Shown: positions 39,621-51,385 of the stretch, one piece after another
Numbering within the stretch: position 1 is the first letter of the stretch
How the letters are laid out: the number at the start of each line of letters is the position of its first letter
From: Ptychomitrium polyphyllum
Taxonomy: Eukaryota
Length of the DNA: 64,000 nt
NCBI GenBank assembly: GCA_973851085.1
Contig: OZ316775.1
Span: forward strand, 15,314,001-15,378,000
Direction of reading: 5' to 3'
Program-made: the position numbers and the translations under genes
The notes under the pieces: model-generated
Databases searched by the model: none
What the model was told of the DNA's origin: nothing
What the model saw: only the letters and a program-made list of their open reading frames with translations

Positions 39621-40262
39621 TTAGCGACGACTCCCATGAGGAGCTTTTTTCTTGGCTTGCTTGTCACATTTCTACAAATTCCAAAATTTATTAAAGGAAT
39701 GAAGCAATATACTTTGCTAATTGTTCTTTGTTACTAGTTCAACTAATCCTTGCAAGAAGCGCCTATGGCCACCAGCCAAGACTTCTGTTGTTGAAATGTC
39801 CCAATTCAAGATCTGATCTTGATTAAGTCCTTCAAAACATCCTCCAAACAAGATTTTGGGTCCTCTAGGAGTGACTCTTCCAATTTCTAACAAGATGACT
39901 AGAGCGCGAGCATCTGAATCAAGACTGGAATGTGAAGGGCAACTAGCCAATACTTCTGCACGAGGTCGTACTCGACGTTGGGATGTCCCTCTCATATCTT
40001 GACTTAGATCTTCTGTTAACGACGACTGAGAAAGTTCAGTTGGCTCAACAGATGCTGTTGTTGATGAAGGCATGGCCTACTACTCTTCACTCATATTCAT
40101 GATAACACAAAGATTTGACATATTGGCTAGGATCTGTAAATGATCTATCTTGGAAATAATGCTGCATACAATTAGAGGTTTAGATATCTCTCCTCCTTTC
40201 TTATACTTGTTTATGAAAGAAAAACTTCTCTGTGAAGCTAACAGTTGCTGATAACACATCAT
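39621..40262 (-). pseudogene. Decayed additional ORF (~213 aa) between pol and the PPT of element B
   Basis: One reading frame from ATG 40262 to TAA 39621 (MMCYQQLLAS...MPSSTTASVEPTEL...KAPHGSRR*), broken only by four TAG codons and with no frameshift. Confidence 0.55.
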
Positions 40263-43200
40263 CACTGTCCTGGTTTTTGAGGATATCTTTAATGAAATTT
40301 GCGTACCTTCTCGGATGCATTTGTTACATTTGTTGAAGGTTCCCATGTTTGGTCATTGATACCATATCCTTGCCATTGTATAAGGTACTCCACATGTCCG
40401 TTCTTAATGCGTGAATCTAAAATCTCTTCAACTTCATATTCAATTTCATTATTGATTTCCAGCGGAGGAAGTGGAGGAACAATTCTCTCTGGTATACATG
40501 ATTTGTTATAGGTTCCAACAACGATAATTGGAATACTTGATGAATTTGCATGATTGGTGGTAGCTTTAGGCGATAACTAACTGGATTTATTTGTTTGCTG
40601 ATTTCAAAAGGTCCCAGCCTTTGATAGTCCAACTTCTTTGATGTCTTTTTGTCTGTATATTTTGTCGTAGGAGCCATACGCTATCTCCAACCTTGAACTT
40701 TGGATGGTCCTTTCAAAAGCGATCTGCATAAGTTTTGTAACGATTTTGAGCTTGTTGTAACTGGAAAATAATTTCTTGATGGATTTTAGCAAGTTGAATT
40801 GCAAAATCCTCTGCTATGAGACTTCCAACATGCTTCACTTGAAATGGATCTGCTCGAGGATGATGGCTATAGATTGCAAAGAATGGACTTTGAATTGTTG
40901 AAGAATGCATCGTATTGTTAAAAGCAAATTCTGTCAAAGGCAAGAGGTCCATCCAGTTGTCTTGCTGGTAGTTTATGCTACAACAAAGATATTGTTCCAA
41001 AATTTGATTCACGCGTTCAGTTTGGCCATCAGTTTGCGGATGGTGTGCTAAAGAAAGATTGATCTTTACACGCAACAGCTGGAATAGAGCCTTTCAAAAG
41101 TTGGAAATAAATTGCGGCCCCCAATCGGATACAATATCATCTGGTAGTCCATGTATGCGGTAGACGTGATTTAAAAACAACTTGGCAGTTTCTTCTCCCG
41201 TTACCGTCTTGTTGCATGGAATGAAATGTGTCATTTTAGTAAATCGATCTACCACTACCAAAATAGAATCCTTAGAATTGGAATTTGGAAGGTTTGTGAT
41301 AAAATTCATTGATAAAGACAACCATGGGCCCTTTTAGCACTGGAAGCGGATGGAGGAGACCATGAGGTTGGTACCTTGGTACCTTGGCTCTTGCACAAGT
41401 GTTGCATGATTGAACAAAGTCCTTCACGTACTTCCACATGTGTGGCCACCAATAGTCTCTTGCAATCAATTCCATTGTTTTATTGAATCCAAAATGTCTT
41501 GCTGTTGGAAAATCATGACGTGCTTGAAGGATCTTCAACCGCAAAGGGCCTGGAGATAGGTACAAAAGTCTTTTATAATAAAGTAGGCCCTCTTGGAATT
41601 CAAAGTCTTCATCGCTATTTGAAGGACTTCCATTGTCTTTGAGGCGCTTCTTTACATTTGAAACAGAAACATCATCCTTTAAAGCCTTCCAAATTTCATC
41701 AAGATGGAATGTTGTCGTAATAGTCATTGCTTTCAATTGAAGATTCTCTGGTTTCAATAAAATAGTCCTTTGTTGATTCAAAACATCATCTCCAGGTTGA
41801 GGAGCTAAATAAGATCTTTGAGATAAGGCATTTGGCTTACTTTGCAAGCTACCAGATCGATAGGTAATGACAAAGTCAAATCTAGAAAGCAACATACTCC
41901 ACCTTGCTTGACGGCGATTTAAAACGCGCGCACTCATGAAATACTCCAAGTTCTTGTGGTTTGTGTATATCATGATGGTATGTTGAGCTCCTTCCAATAA
42001 ATGTCGCCATTTTTCAAATGCATCCACAATTGCAAGTAGTTCTTTATCATGTATATCATAGCTGATCTCTGCCGCTGAGAACTTTCTTGAACAAAAAGCA
42101 AGAGGGTGAAGTCTCCCGTCTTCATCATATTGTGAAAGTACTGAGCCAAGCGCAAAATCTGAGGCATCCGCTTCCAAATAAAAAGGCTTTGATGGCTTTG
42201 GATGAATAAGAATTGGAGCCTACGTAAATGACTTCTTAAGACTTTGAAATGCTTTTTCCGCCTCTTCATCCCAAATGAATTTTTGCTTCCCCATAAGACG
42301 TGCTAATGGTATCGCAATCTTGGAATAATTCTTGATGAATATTCTGTAGAAGTTTGCAAATCCCAAGAAGCATTGAACATCTCAAATTGATCTTGGCGTA
42401 CTCCACTCCGTGATAGTGCTTATTTTTTCTTATCCATATGGATTCCTCCTTTAGAAATGATGTAGCCCAAAAATTCAACCGATGATTCATGGAAAAGGCA
42501 CTTCTCTAATTTGGCATATAATCCTCGCTGGCGTAGTTTTTCTAAGACCATTCGCACATGACATTTGTGGTCTTGTTCGTCTTTTGGATATATCAAAATA
42601 TCATCTAAGTAGATGACTACAAAATCATCCAGATATTCATGGAAGATATCATTCATCATATGTTGAAATACTGCGGGAGCATTAGTAAGGCCAAAAGGCA
42701 TGACATTGTATTCAAAATGACCATACCTAAATCGAAAAGCTGTCTTCCATTCGTCTCCTTCTTTGATGCGTACAAGATTGTAGGCTCCTCTAAGATCAAT
42801 TTTGGTGAATATCTTTGCTTGGCCAAGTTATTGTAGGAGTCCTGAGATTAATGGTAATGGATAGCGATTTTTTTTTGTTACTTTGTTGAGGCCTCGATAG
42901 TCCACGCACATACGTAATGATCCATCTTTCTTCTTTACAAATAGAATGGGTGCTCCAGCAGGTGATTTAGAGTGTTGAATGAAACCCTTTCCAAGGTTTT
43001 TATCAATATATTCTCTCAAGGCAGCCAATTTAGTTTGTGATAAGTTATAAATAGGTCCAAAAGGTGGTTGGGCTCCTTCTTACAACTCAATGGTACAATT
43101 ATAGGGCTGGTGCTTTGGTAACATGTCCGCATTCTTCTTCTCAAAAACGTCTTTATAATCTTGATATTGACGAGGTATGTTTTGATTAGTCTCTATTGTA

Positions 43201-44650
43201 GAGCTAGACATTGGCGTGGCATAAATGGCATAGATTGGTTCATCCTTCGCGGTTCTTATAAATGCCTTAGCTCCAATAAATGATAGTTCAAGATTTCTCG
43301 TATCTTGACGTCTTTTCTTTGAGACCACACTCCGTATGCGCCAATCAATATCTGGATTATGTAATTCAAACCAAGAAAGGCCCAAAACAATAGGATTTGT
43401 TTGGCATTGAATGATGTTGAAGACAATCTTAGATGCTTGGTCTCCTAAAACAACCTCCAAGGGTTGAGTTTCTTCAATAATGTTGCTAGACGCAAGAGAT
43501 CGTCCATCAATAACTTCAACAGATGCGGGGTATTTTTTTTTCACAAGCACCATGTGATGTTTGGTTGCAAAGTCCTTGTCCATAAAACATGCCGTTGCAC
43601 CAGTGTCTAAGAGAGCCTTACTAATTATTTCATCATTTAACAACTTAAATTTGATAGGAAATGTAAAACGAGAGGTAGGGTTTGAAGGTAGTAAGAGACC
43701 TTGATTTGATAGTCGTTTCTTTGTGGTGTCCAGTTGCATGGTCCCTATTATGACTGGACCGCCTCATTTTCCAACTCCACCATTAAACCTTTGAGCCTTG
43801 AAGGCAGATCCTTTGATTTGGCAATCGCGCATTTTATGCCCAGACTTGCCACAATACAAACATAGGTTTTCTTTTCGACGCCTTTCTTTTTCTTCTAGAG
43901 TCAAGCGTCTGAACTGGGCAGCATCAATTTGCATAGGTTACGGTCCTTGTGGTTGACTTTCCGATACTCTTGAAGAAGTGGTAGCCATGCTTTGATGTAC
44001 TGGTCGCCATCCCAAGCGTTGTTCTTGGCGTCTCTCAAATAGTTTGTTGTCACATGCTATTGCTTGAGTGATGAATTCGTCCAATGTTTCAACTCTTGGC
44101 ATTGTGAGTAGCAAGTCTTTTACATTCTCTCTTAAGCCCCATCGAAATCGTGTGACCAAGGCTTTATCATTCCAATCAAGGTCGCAAGCTAATTGTCAAA
44201 ACTCTGTAGCATATGTAGCAGCTGGGCGCTGTCCTTGTTGGAGACTCTGGATCCTTGTTTCAGCCACCCTCTCTCGGTCGGTGTCTCCAAAAGTAGATGT
44301 CAATGCTTCTATAAAAGCATCTAAGTTGTTCAATAATGGTGATTGCTTCTCCATTAGTGGTGCAAACCACGATAGTGCATTGTTTGATAAAAAAGTGGCC
44401 ACAAATCCCACTTGAGTCATACCATCAGGATAGCGAGATTGATGCAAACTAAGGAAGAGTCTTACTTATTGAACAAACCCACTCAATTTTGATTTTGATC
44501 CATTGAACTTGTCTGGCATGCTAATCTTTGGCTTTGCATGGGTTTGACGTAAGCCTTCCCTTCCAATATTGGCCTCTCGCAATTGAACAACCTCTTGATA
44601 TAGGCTTTAAATATCACCATTGGATTCTTCAGCTTGCCGAGTGTGTTACT
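40262..44650 (-). pseudogene. gag-pol of element B with multiple stops and frameshifts
   Basis: ORF fragments 44196-44447, 43938-44159, 43080-43739, 42828-43028, 42420-42701, 41272-42177, 41094-41321, 40713-41075 and 40417-40677 occur in gag-PR-RT-RH-IN-CHD order; gag start approximate. Confidence 0.88.
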
Positions 44651-44985
44651 CCAAATTGTTGGTGGTATTAAAACGGGCGAATTCTGTTTGAACTATGTTT
44701 AATAATTCTTGAAAGCCTGCAATAGTTGCAAACCTTTCTCTGATGTTCTAGGCATGTTATCCATTTCTTAAGACTCTCAAAGACAGAAAGACTATGAGTA
44801 CCTTCAAAGAAAGAAAATCCACGTACTTTGAAAGAAGTAATACTTAGTTCTAGAAGGAGAACCAACTTTATGGTGTTAGCTTAAAGGAGGGTAAACTACA
44901 ACCTTCAAGACGCTATGAAATCCTAAAGAAGATGGGTAATCCACAATCTTCTTCAAAGAACCTTAGCTCTGACAGCAATGAAGAG

Positions 44986-44997
44986 TAGTCTTGCCAA
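44986..44997 (-). promoter_or_regulatory. Self-priming-type primer binding site of element B
   Basis: Lies 2 nt from the 5' LTR end and reads TTGGCAAGACTA on the element strand; exactly complementary to LTR positions 45133-45144. Confidence 0.75.
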
Positions 44998-44999
44998 AC

Positions 45000-45583
45000 T
45001 GTTAGGGACACAAGAAACAAGAAGTAGAAACGAAGTGTTTTTCAAGAATTAGCTTCCAAAGAGCTAATGATTAACAAGAACTTGATACAAAGACTAGAAC
45101 AAGGCAGGACTCAAGATGATCCACAACTTGTGTTGGCAAGACTAATGAATACCTTGTCTTGCCTCCTATTTATACTATGACGTTTGTATCTCCTACGATA
45201 CTTCTAAAGAAGCTTTCTACAAGGTTTAAGAATGTTCTAGAAGTCTAGGGAACCTTCCCAAGTAGTTTCCTAAGATGTTGGAACCTTCCTAAGAAATTTC
45301 CTAAATAGGTAGAACCTTTCTAGGAAGTTTCTTCAAGAGGTAGATCCTTCCTAGGAAGTTTCCTAAGGTGATGGAATCTTCGTAGGAAGTTTCCTAGGAA
45401 GTTACCTAAGATGATAGAACCTTCCTAGGAAGTTATTTAAGGTAGAGGAATTTTTTTAGGAAGCTTCCTAAAAACATGAAAAGACTATGGAGACATCTAA
45501 AAGTATTTTAAGAAGCTATTATAGTATACTAGAAGGTTCTAGAATGTTCTAAGGACTATGTTGCATGATCTATGTCCGTGACA
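45000..45583 (-). repeat. 5' LTR of element B (584 bp, TG...CA) with TATAAATA (45167-45174, minus strand)
   Basis: Begins tgttaggg and ends ccgtgaca; direct repeat of 38964-39608; holds seven ~31-bp units. Confidence 0.92.
45229..45550. promoter_or_regulatory. Heat-shock elements in LTR U3
   Basis: aGAAtgTTCtaGAAg (45229-45243) and aGAAggTTCtaGAAtgTTCt (45531-45550) match the nGAAnnTTCnnGAAn consensus perfectly. Confidence 0.6.
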
Positions 45584-48500
45584 ACCAGGTGTGTGTACCA
45601 AAGCTTTTTATGTGAAAAAATTTATCTTTCAAAATCTATTGTACATAATATACTTTCATGTATCACGTCAATGATAAAACCAATATACTAGTTCATATGA
45701 AGTTATACAAGGCCAATGAACTCAAATGTTTAAATAATTGTTGCAATGCGTTTTCATTTTATTAGATTCTTGCAACGTACCTTAAATAAGACCATTTTCA
45801 TTACACATTGTATTGCAAGAAGGTATGAATAAATGACAACTAAAATTTGCGCATTTACTATTGCTATATTAGTTTGTATTGCTGAAGAATAAATTCGGAC
45901 TATATTATGATAGAAATTATTGATATATTAGAGATAAGCAGGCATATAAAAATAGAGAAGCTTTGTATAAGTTTTAAATTCATTAAATTGGTTTTCATCA
46001 AATTTTGAATTTTGATCAATATTGTGCAACTATGTTTTTAAACAATAAATTTCAAATGACTGCTTCAATACCTAAAATTAATTAAACTCAATGGAAAAGT
46101 TATCAATTATTGAAACAGTTTTTTTTAGTTTAATAATTGATTATATTAGATATGAAATAGGGACAAGTTTTAAGTTCCTCAAATTTAAAATGAATAAAGT
46201 TAAGTTCTCCACTAATGCATTTGTCCATATAGATAGAATATGGAAGCTGCAATTAGTTGCAATTCATTCATGTAAAATAATAGATTTTTTGTAAGGTTTC
46301 ATCATTCTATTGGTTTTATAATCATAACATAGATTTTTTGTTTAACAGAGCTAAGAAATTGTATTGAGAATACAAAAGCTAAAATACTTGCATCTAGCCA
46401 TCATAATTTCTTTCCATTACCTTTGCTTGGATGTTTTTAAAATCTTAATTTTTTCTTAATTTTTTATACTTTAATGTATATAAGCTTTGTCTATTAATTA
46501 TTCCTATCAATAGACTTGTTATCCTTGCTACACATCTCAACCAAAAAATCAACTTTGATAATTTTTGATGTAAAGATATATTTTTGATTAGAATCGTTAC
46601 AAGCAATGTCAAAAAAATCAAAGCATCAAATGATGCTTATATTTTTATAGACATTGGTTTTTATAATTAAAACCTATAAAAATCTAAATTCAACAAAAAT
46701 GCCTTGCAATAGAAGTATTTGGCTCTACAACAAAGTTCATCCTTCCATATGGCAACTCCATTGGAAATAAGGCCTATTCAAAAGAAAGATTTTTATTCTT
46801 CAATATTATGTGCATGTGGCTAATTTTAGAAGAATTTGGCCAATGATGCCAAATAAGCAAAGAATTTAAATGCTGATGAATTTGAAAGCTATAACATGGA
46901 CTAAGTGGGATAAATCCAAAAATAAAGAAATATTGTTCTTCAAGATTCCATAATATTTTGAAGTAGGATGAATTAGCACAAAGTTGAACAAAAGCAAGAT
47001 ATTGTAATGTGACATGTTGTCTATCAACAAATGATACTTGTTGTTTTTAATAGTTATCAATTCTTATAAACAATTGTTGTTGAGTCAAGTCTAACGTTGA
47101 AAAAATCATAAAATCTTATAATGATCATTCATTTGAAAATGCTTTTTAATCAAAAGTTAGATATTTAAAGCCAAACCCTTTGAAAATAGTGTAAAGTAAA
47201 AAGAAACCAAAAATTGAATTAAATTAATTAATTTATTATTATATAAATACCAATTCATTCACTAAAATCATTCTAAAATGAATTATCAAGATATGACTTA
47301 AAATTTATTTTGAAACACTAATTAGAGCATTGGTGTGTATATTTATAATATTAATTAAAAACATGCATTTTGAAACTTTCATTTTTAAATTTAGGAGGTA
47401 TAAAATGTCATAAATTGATATTCTAAATGTCTTAGCTTAATGAATATGGTGATGTTGTGATTTCAAATATGTCAAAAAAATTTGAATAAAAGTTCAGCCT
47501 TTATATATATGGACATAAAAAATTGTTAAAATAGTGTTGAATTGAATTTTTATTAATTTTTTTTTGAATTGTTTAAATATTGTAAAAAAATCGGTTTTAG
47601 ATTTTTGTATGTAATTCAAAAACAATCCTTATAACCCTTAGTTTGTTTACTTTTTCAAAACCTTCTTTCCAAGTACCATGTGTATCTTGCATTCTACAAT
47701 CTCATTGTATGTGTCATTTTAAAACTTCCTAGAGCTTTTATTCTAAAACTCTTTTGCACATAGACTTGAAAAAAGAAGCCAATGTCAAGCACAATGGCCC
47801 ATTGATGATGTAGTCTACTATATTATTTCTAAGTGTAATATGTATTGTTGGTACATGATCAAATTTTGGATATTTGAACTTTATTATTATATGCCTACAC
47901 ATATCACTAAAATAATTCAGAATGTAACTTCTAAATCTTTTTATTTTTTGTTTTATTAATTAGTCTTAATAGCTATTGTATATAAATATTTGTTAAATCA
48001 CATTGAAGATGTAATGGCCAATTTACTTATTTTGGACTAAACTATATATTAGATGACATCATTAATTACAAATTTCAATTTAAAATTGTCTAATATCCTT
48101 ATTGAAAAAAAAATATTGAAATATAAAATTAAATAATTTATCATTCTGATACTTGTTTTATTATATTTAATCATAAGCTTCTAAAGAAATTTCATCAAGT
48201 CCACTTCTATAAGATTGGCTAGATTATAATTCCTACAATTCCAAACCTAAGTACTATTGGTTTTATTAATGTAAAAAAACCATTTTACTTTGTCTTCTTT
48301 AGCCATGGCTTGTGGACTTAAAATACCTTGTATAAAAATCAAATTTCAAGGACTTCCAATTTTACTAAGTTTAATTTGTTGAAATTTTTTACTCATAGAC
48401 TTCAATGTATACTATGAATTGCCCTTTTGAGTTCTAAACATTCTTGTCAACTTTGCAATTAGAAAGTGATGACTTACACTCCAAAGTGACAACATTATCA

Positions 48501-49129
48501 ATGTACTTACCTTACATGTCATGGAAATGAACAAAATTTGGAAATCCCATAAATATTATCATGACATCTTTTGCCCCATGGCCCTACAATACTTTAACAA
48601 CAAAGCAGCTCTAAACCCACATACTCTAAACATTGCAAAGTTCAGCACCTATAGTTCTCGCACTATTCATGGCGGTGCACGGTCGTGCAGCGAAAGATTG
48701 TTAAGCTAAGCAAATCTTACTTACTGTTTTCCTCCAATTCTGAAGATGGTCTGAAGTCCTAACTTTGCTGAAGCTTGAGAGGCGATAAACGAGAATCATC
48801 TGCAAGATCAACGACATCTCATCCGAAGATGAACAGAGTCTTCTAGACAGACTTCGTCGCCCTTCTCGGAGGGTGCTCACATGAAGCTGGAAGAACCGCC
48901 ATAGCCACCAACACAGATTGCGCGTTTGCCATTGGCCTCCAGGGCCCTCGTCTCATCGCTGTGCATCACGACCTGCACACTCCAATCCTCTCTCGTCTAG
49001 TTTTCATTTGAGCCAAAACGGTGCCGCTTTGAGAGAGTTTGAGCAGGTTAACCAGCAGGCGGAGCACTGCGCGTGAGGCCTGATTGTGGTTTCATACCGG
49101 TCGCTTGGCCCGAGAATTGGTCGAGAGAG

Positions 49130-50068
49130 ATGATTCCGTTCACGAGCGTCGCCGCGGCGGAGGTGGCTTTAGGCAGATCGCTGACCCACTGGGAGGGGTT
49201 GTGGTGGAGCGGGACGCACAATGTGAGTGACTACAAGCTGTATTGCTTGAACATCGTCTTCTTGTTCATCATCTTCTCGTTTGCGCCGTTGCCGTATGTG
49301 TTGCTCGATGCGTGGAAGGTGCGGAGCGCGGAAAAGTATAAGGTTCAGCCCGGGGTGCACAACGAGCCGTCTGAGACATGGCGGTGTTACAATGTAGTCA
49401 TGTGGACGTTCTTTACTGTGGTCGGGCCGTTGCAGCTCTGTTCGTTTCCGGCGGTGAGGTTTATCGGCGTCCGGTTTGGGCTGCCGCTGCCTTCGATCGG
49501 GGAGGTTTGCATGCAGCTTGTTGTGTACACTACGGTTGAGGATTATGGGAATTACTGGTTGCACCGATGGTTGCACAATGGGTGGTGGTATGAGAAGATT
49601 CATTCCGTGCACCATGAGTTCGCGGCGCCGATGAGCTTCGCTGCGCCGTATGCACACTGGCTGGAGGTTGTGATTTTAGGGGTGCCCACGTTCGCGGGTC
49701 CGGCGATGGCGCCTGGGCACATCATCACGTTCTGGCTTTGGATTGCGATGCGGCAGTTGGAGGCGCTTGAGACGCACAGTGGGTATGATTTTCCCTGGAA
49801 TCCAACGCGCTTGGTTCCTTTCTACGGTGGGGCGGAGTATCACGACTATCACCACTTTGTTGGTGGGAAGAGCCAGAGCAACTTCGCTTCTGTGTTCACG
49901 TATTGCGATTGGATTTATGGGACTGACAAGGGATATAGGTACATGAAGGAGATGCATAAGGAAGCAATCGCTAGGGGCAAGGCACAACAACAGGAGGGAA
50001 ATGGGTGGTTGCAGGCCGATGACCGTAAAGCTGTGCCTGCCTCCTCCAAGGATATCAATTTGTCATAA
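49130..50068 (+). CDS. SMO1: Methylsterol monooxygenase 1 (sterol C4-methyl oxidase), intronless
   Basis: SMO1-type N-terminus MIPFTSVAAAEVALGRSLT...SDYKLYCLNIVFLF; three His boxes HRWLH, HSVHH, HDYHH; ETHSGYDFPW. Confidence 0.93.
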   Translation: MIPFTSVAAAEVALGRSLTHWEGLWWSGTHNVSDYKLYCLNIVFLFIIFSFAPLPYVLLDAWKVRSAEKYKVQPGVHNEPSETWRCYNVVMWTFFTVVGPLQLCSFPAVRFIGVRFGLPLPSIGEVCMQLVVYTTVEDYGNYWLHRWLHNGWWYEKIHSVHHEFAAPMSFAAPYAHWLEVVILGVPTFAGPAMAPGHIITFWLWIAMRQLEALETHSGYDFPWNPTRLVPFYGGAEYHDYHHFVGGKSQSNFASVFTYCDWIYGTDKGYRYMKEMHKEAIARGKAQQQEGNGWLQADDRKAVPASSKDINLS

Positions 50069-51385
50069 TTTTATATCTTTCATCACAGTAATGTTATTTC
50101 AGGCGCTTTTTAAGGGGCAATTGTTTTAAAATGAGACTTCTGTTTAGGGTGGAGATTCTCTCTTCTTTCAAGAAGTATGGTGGCCACTTAAGTGGTGTCT
50201 ATTTACCCATATTAATGTCGCTTGTTGTTAATCTTGGTAAGCAGAATTTGATGATTCCCTTAGCACAAGTTTCACTGATCTTCATGAGTGTTCAGATTTA
50301 GGGTTATCTTTGTATCTTGTGTTCGTTCACTGTTCAATTGTATTTGTACACTACTTCTACATGTTAATCATGTCATTCTGATGATCTCTTCGCCTACAGG
50401 ATGACCCCGTAAATTCTTTTGGAAGATCGTGAACAGGATATCGATTTTGCCCAAACACTTAGCAGATAACGATATCTTCGTATTGGCATTGTTTAAAGTG
50501 TCAAAGATATGAGCTTTGTGTAGGTTTCAACTCCCGGTGGGCTTCCAAAGAGGAAATTTAGCTCTAGCACAATATTGAGGACCTATTTTGAACATTTGTC
50601 ATACATTGTTGCAAGAATTGTTAGTTTCTCAAGATTAACCCATGCTACCTTGTTCTAAATTTGGTACCTTCTCAATCTAAGTTAATTGGCACAAGAGTCT
50701 TTTGAATAATGCTTAGGTGATGAATCATTTGCTATTTATTTGTTGTACTTCGAACATGAAACTGTTGCATTAGACAGACTCTTGCAAATTCAGAAATAGA
50801 GTACATGACCCAAGGAGATTCTCTAAGTACCTGTCATAAGTTTCACAATATTATTAGAATACGAAAAAGAAAGTCAAGGAGGTAATCTCAACTTGACGAG
50901 TATCAGATTTTCCTTAGAGATATCCAACCCTAAAGTCCAAACACACTCTCCTCGACAGCCCTGCTTCCCGAGCAGCAGATGGCATTTTTAATGTTCCGGG
51001 TTAAAATCATTGGCATTTCAAAGTCAGCCCAAGCAATCCAAATCCATGTCTTCTCCAAACCGTTCAAAGTTGTTTCGGATAGTTGCTTCTTCTCTTTCTC
51101 CAAACCTGTTGGTAGTTATTTGAAGGGATGCATTTCTTTTTCTTCAAGTTTGTTAGGGTAGACAGTAGTTCTCTTCGTGTTTCTTTGAGGAAAACAGAAT
51201 GTTTTTTTATTAAAGGTCTTTGCCACAACTGACTTAACCTTTAGAGAACAGGATCAAGGCTGTCGAACTTGGTTTCATTATCTCCGATACTTTTGTGAGA
51301 GCACGCTTCTATTAAGCACCTGTTAAAGCTTTTGTTAAATGTGGCGCCGCCAGCATATTTATGACCTATATTAACAAGGAGAGGC

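Larger units (their letters stand above)
38964..45583 (-). mobile_element. Ty3/gypsy chromovirus B (Tcn1/Tf1-like), both LTRs present, decayed gag-pol
   Basis: LTRs at 38964-39608 and 45000-45583; gag with CCHC knuckle ([14 protein letters not shown] near 43820-43862), protease (LLDTGAT), RT (YLDD), RNase H (EADASDFALG), integrase, chromodomain ([10 protein letters not shown]...YLIQWQGY...TWEP); PPT atggggaggtga at 39609-39620. Confidence 0.93.
33000..48600. other. AT-rich, gene-free block containing two LTR retrotransposons
   Basis: Very AT-rich low-complexity flanks at 33.0-35.0 kb and 45.6-48.5 kb with no credible ORFs; sharp compositional borders with the neighbouring genes. Confidence 0.75.

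Noticed and set aside
48670..48712. Possible Helitron 3' end (tgcacggtcgtgca hairpin at the edge of the AT-rich block)
   Set aside because: The stem is only 5-6 bp and there is no CTRR terminus at the expected spacing.
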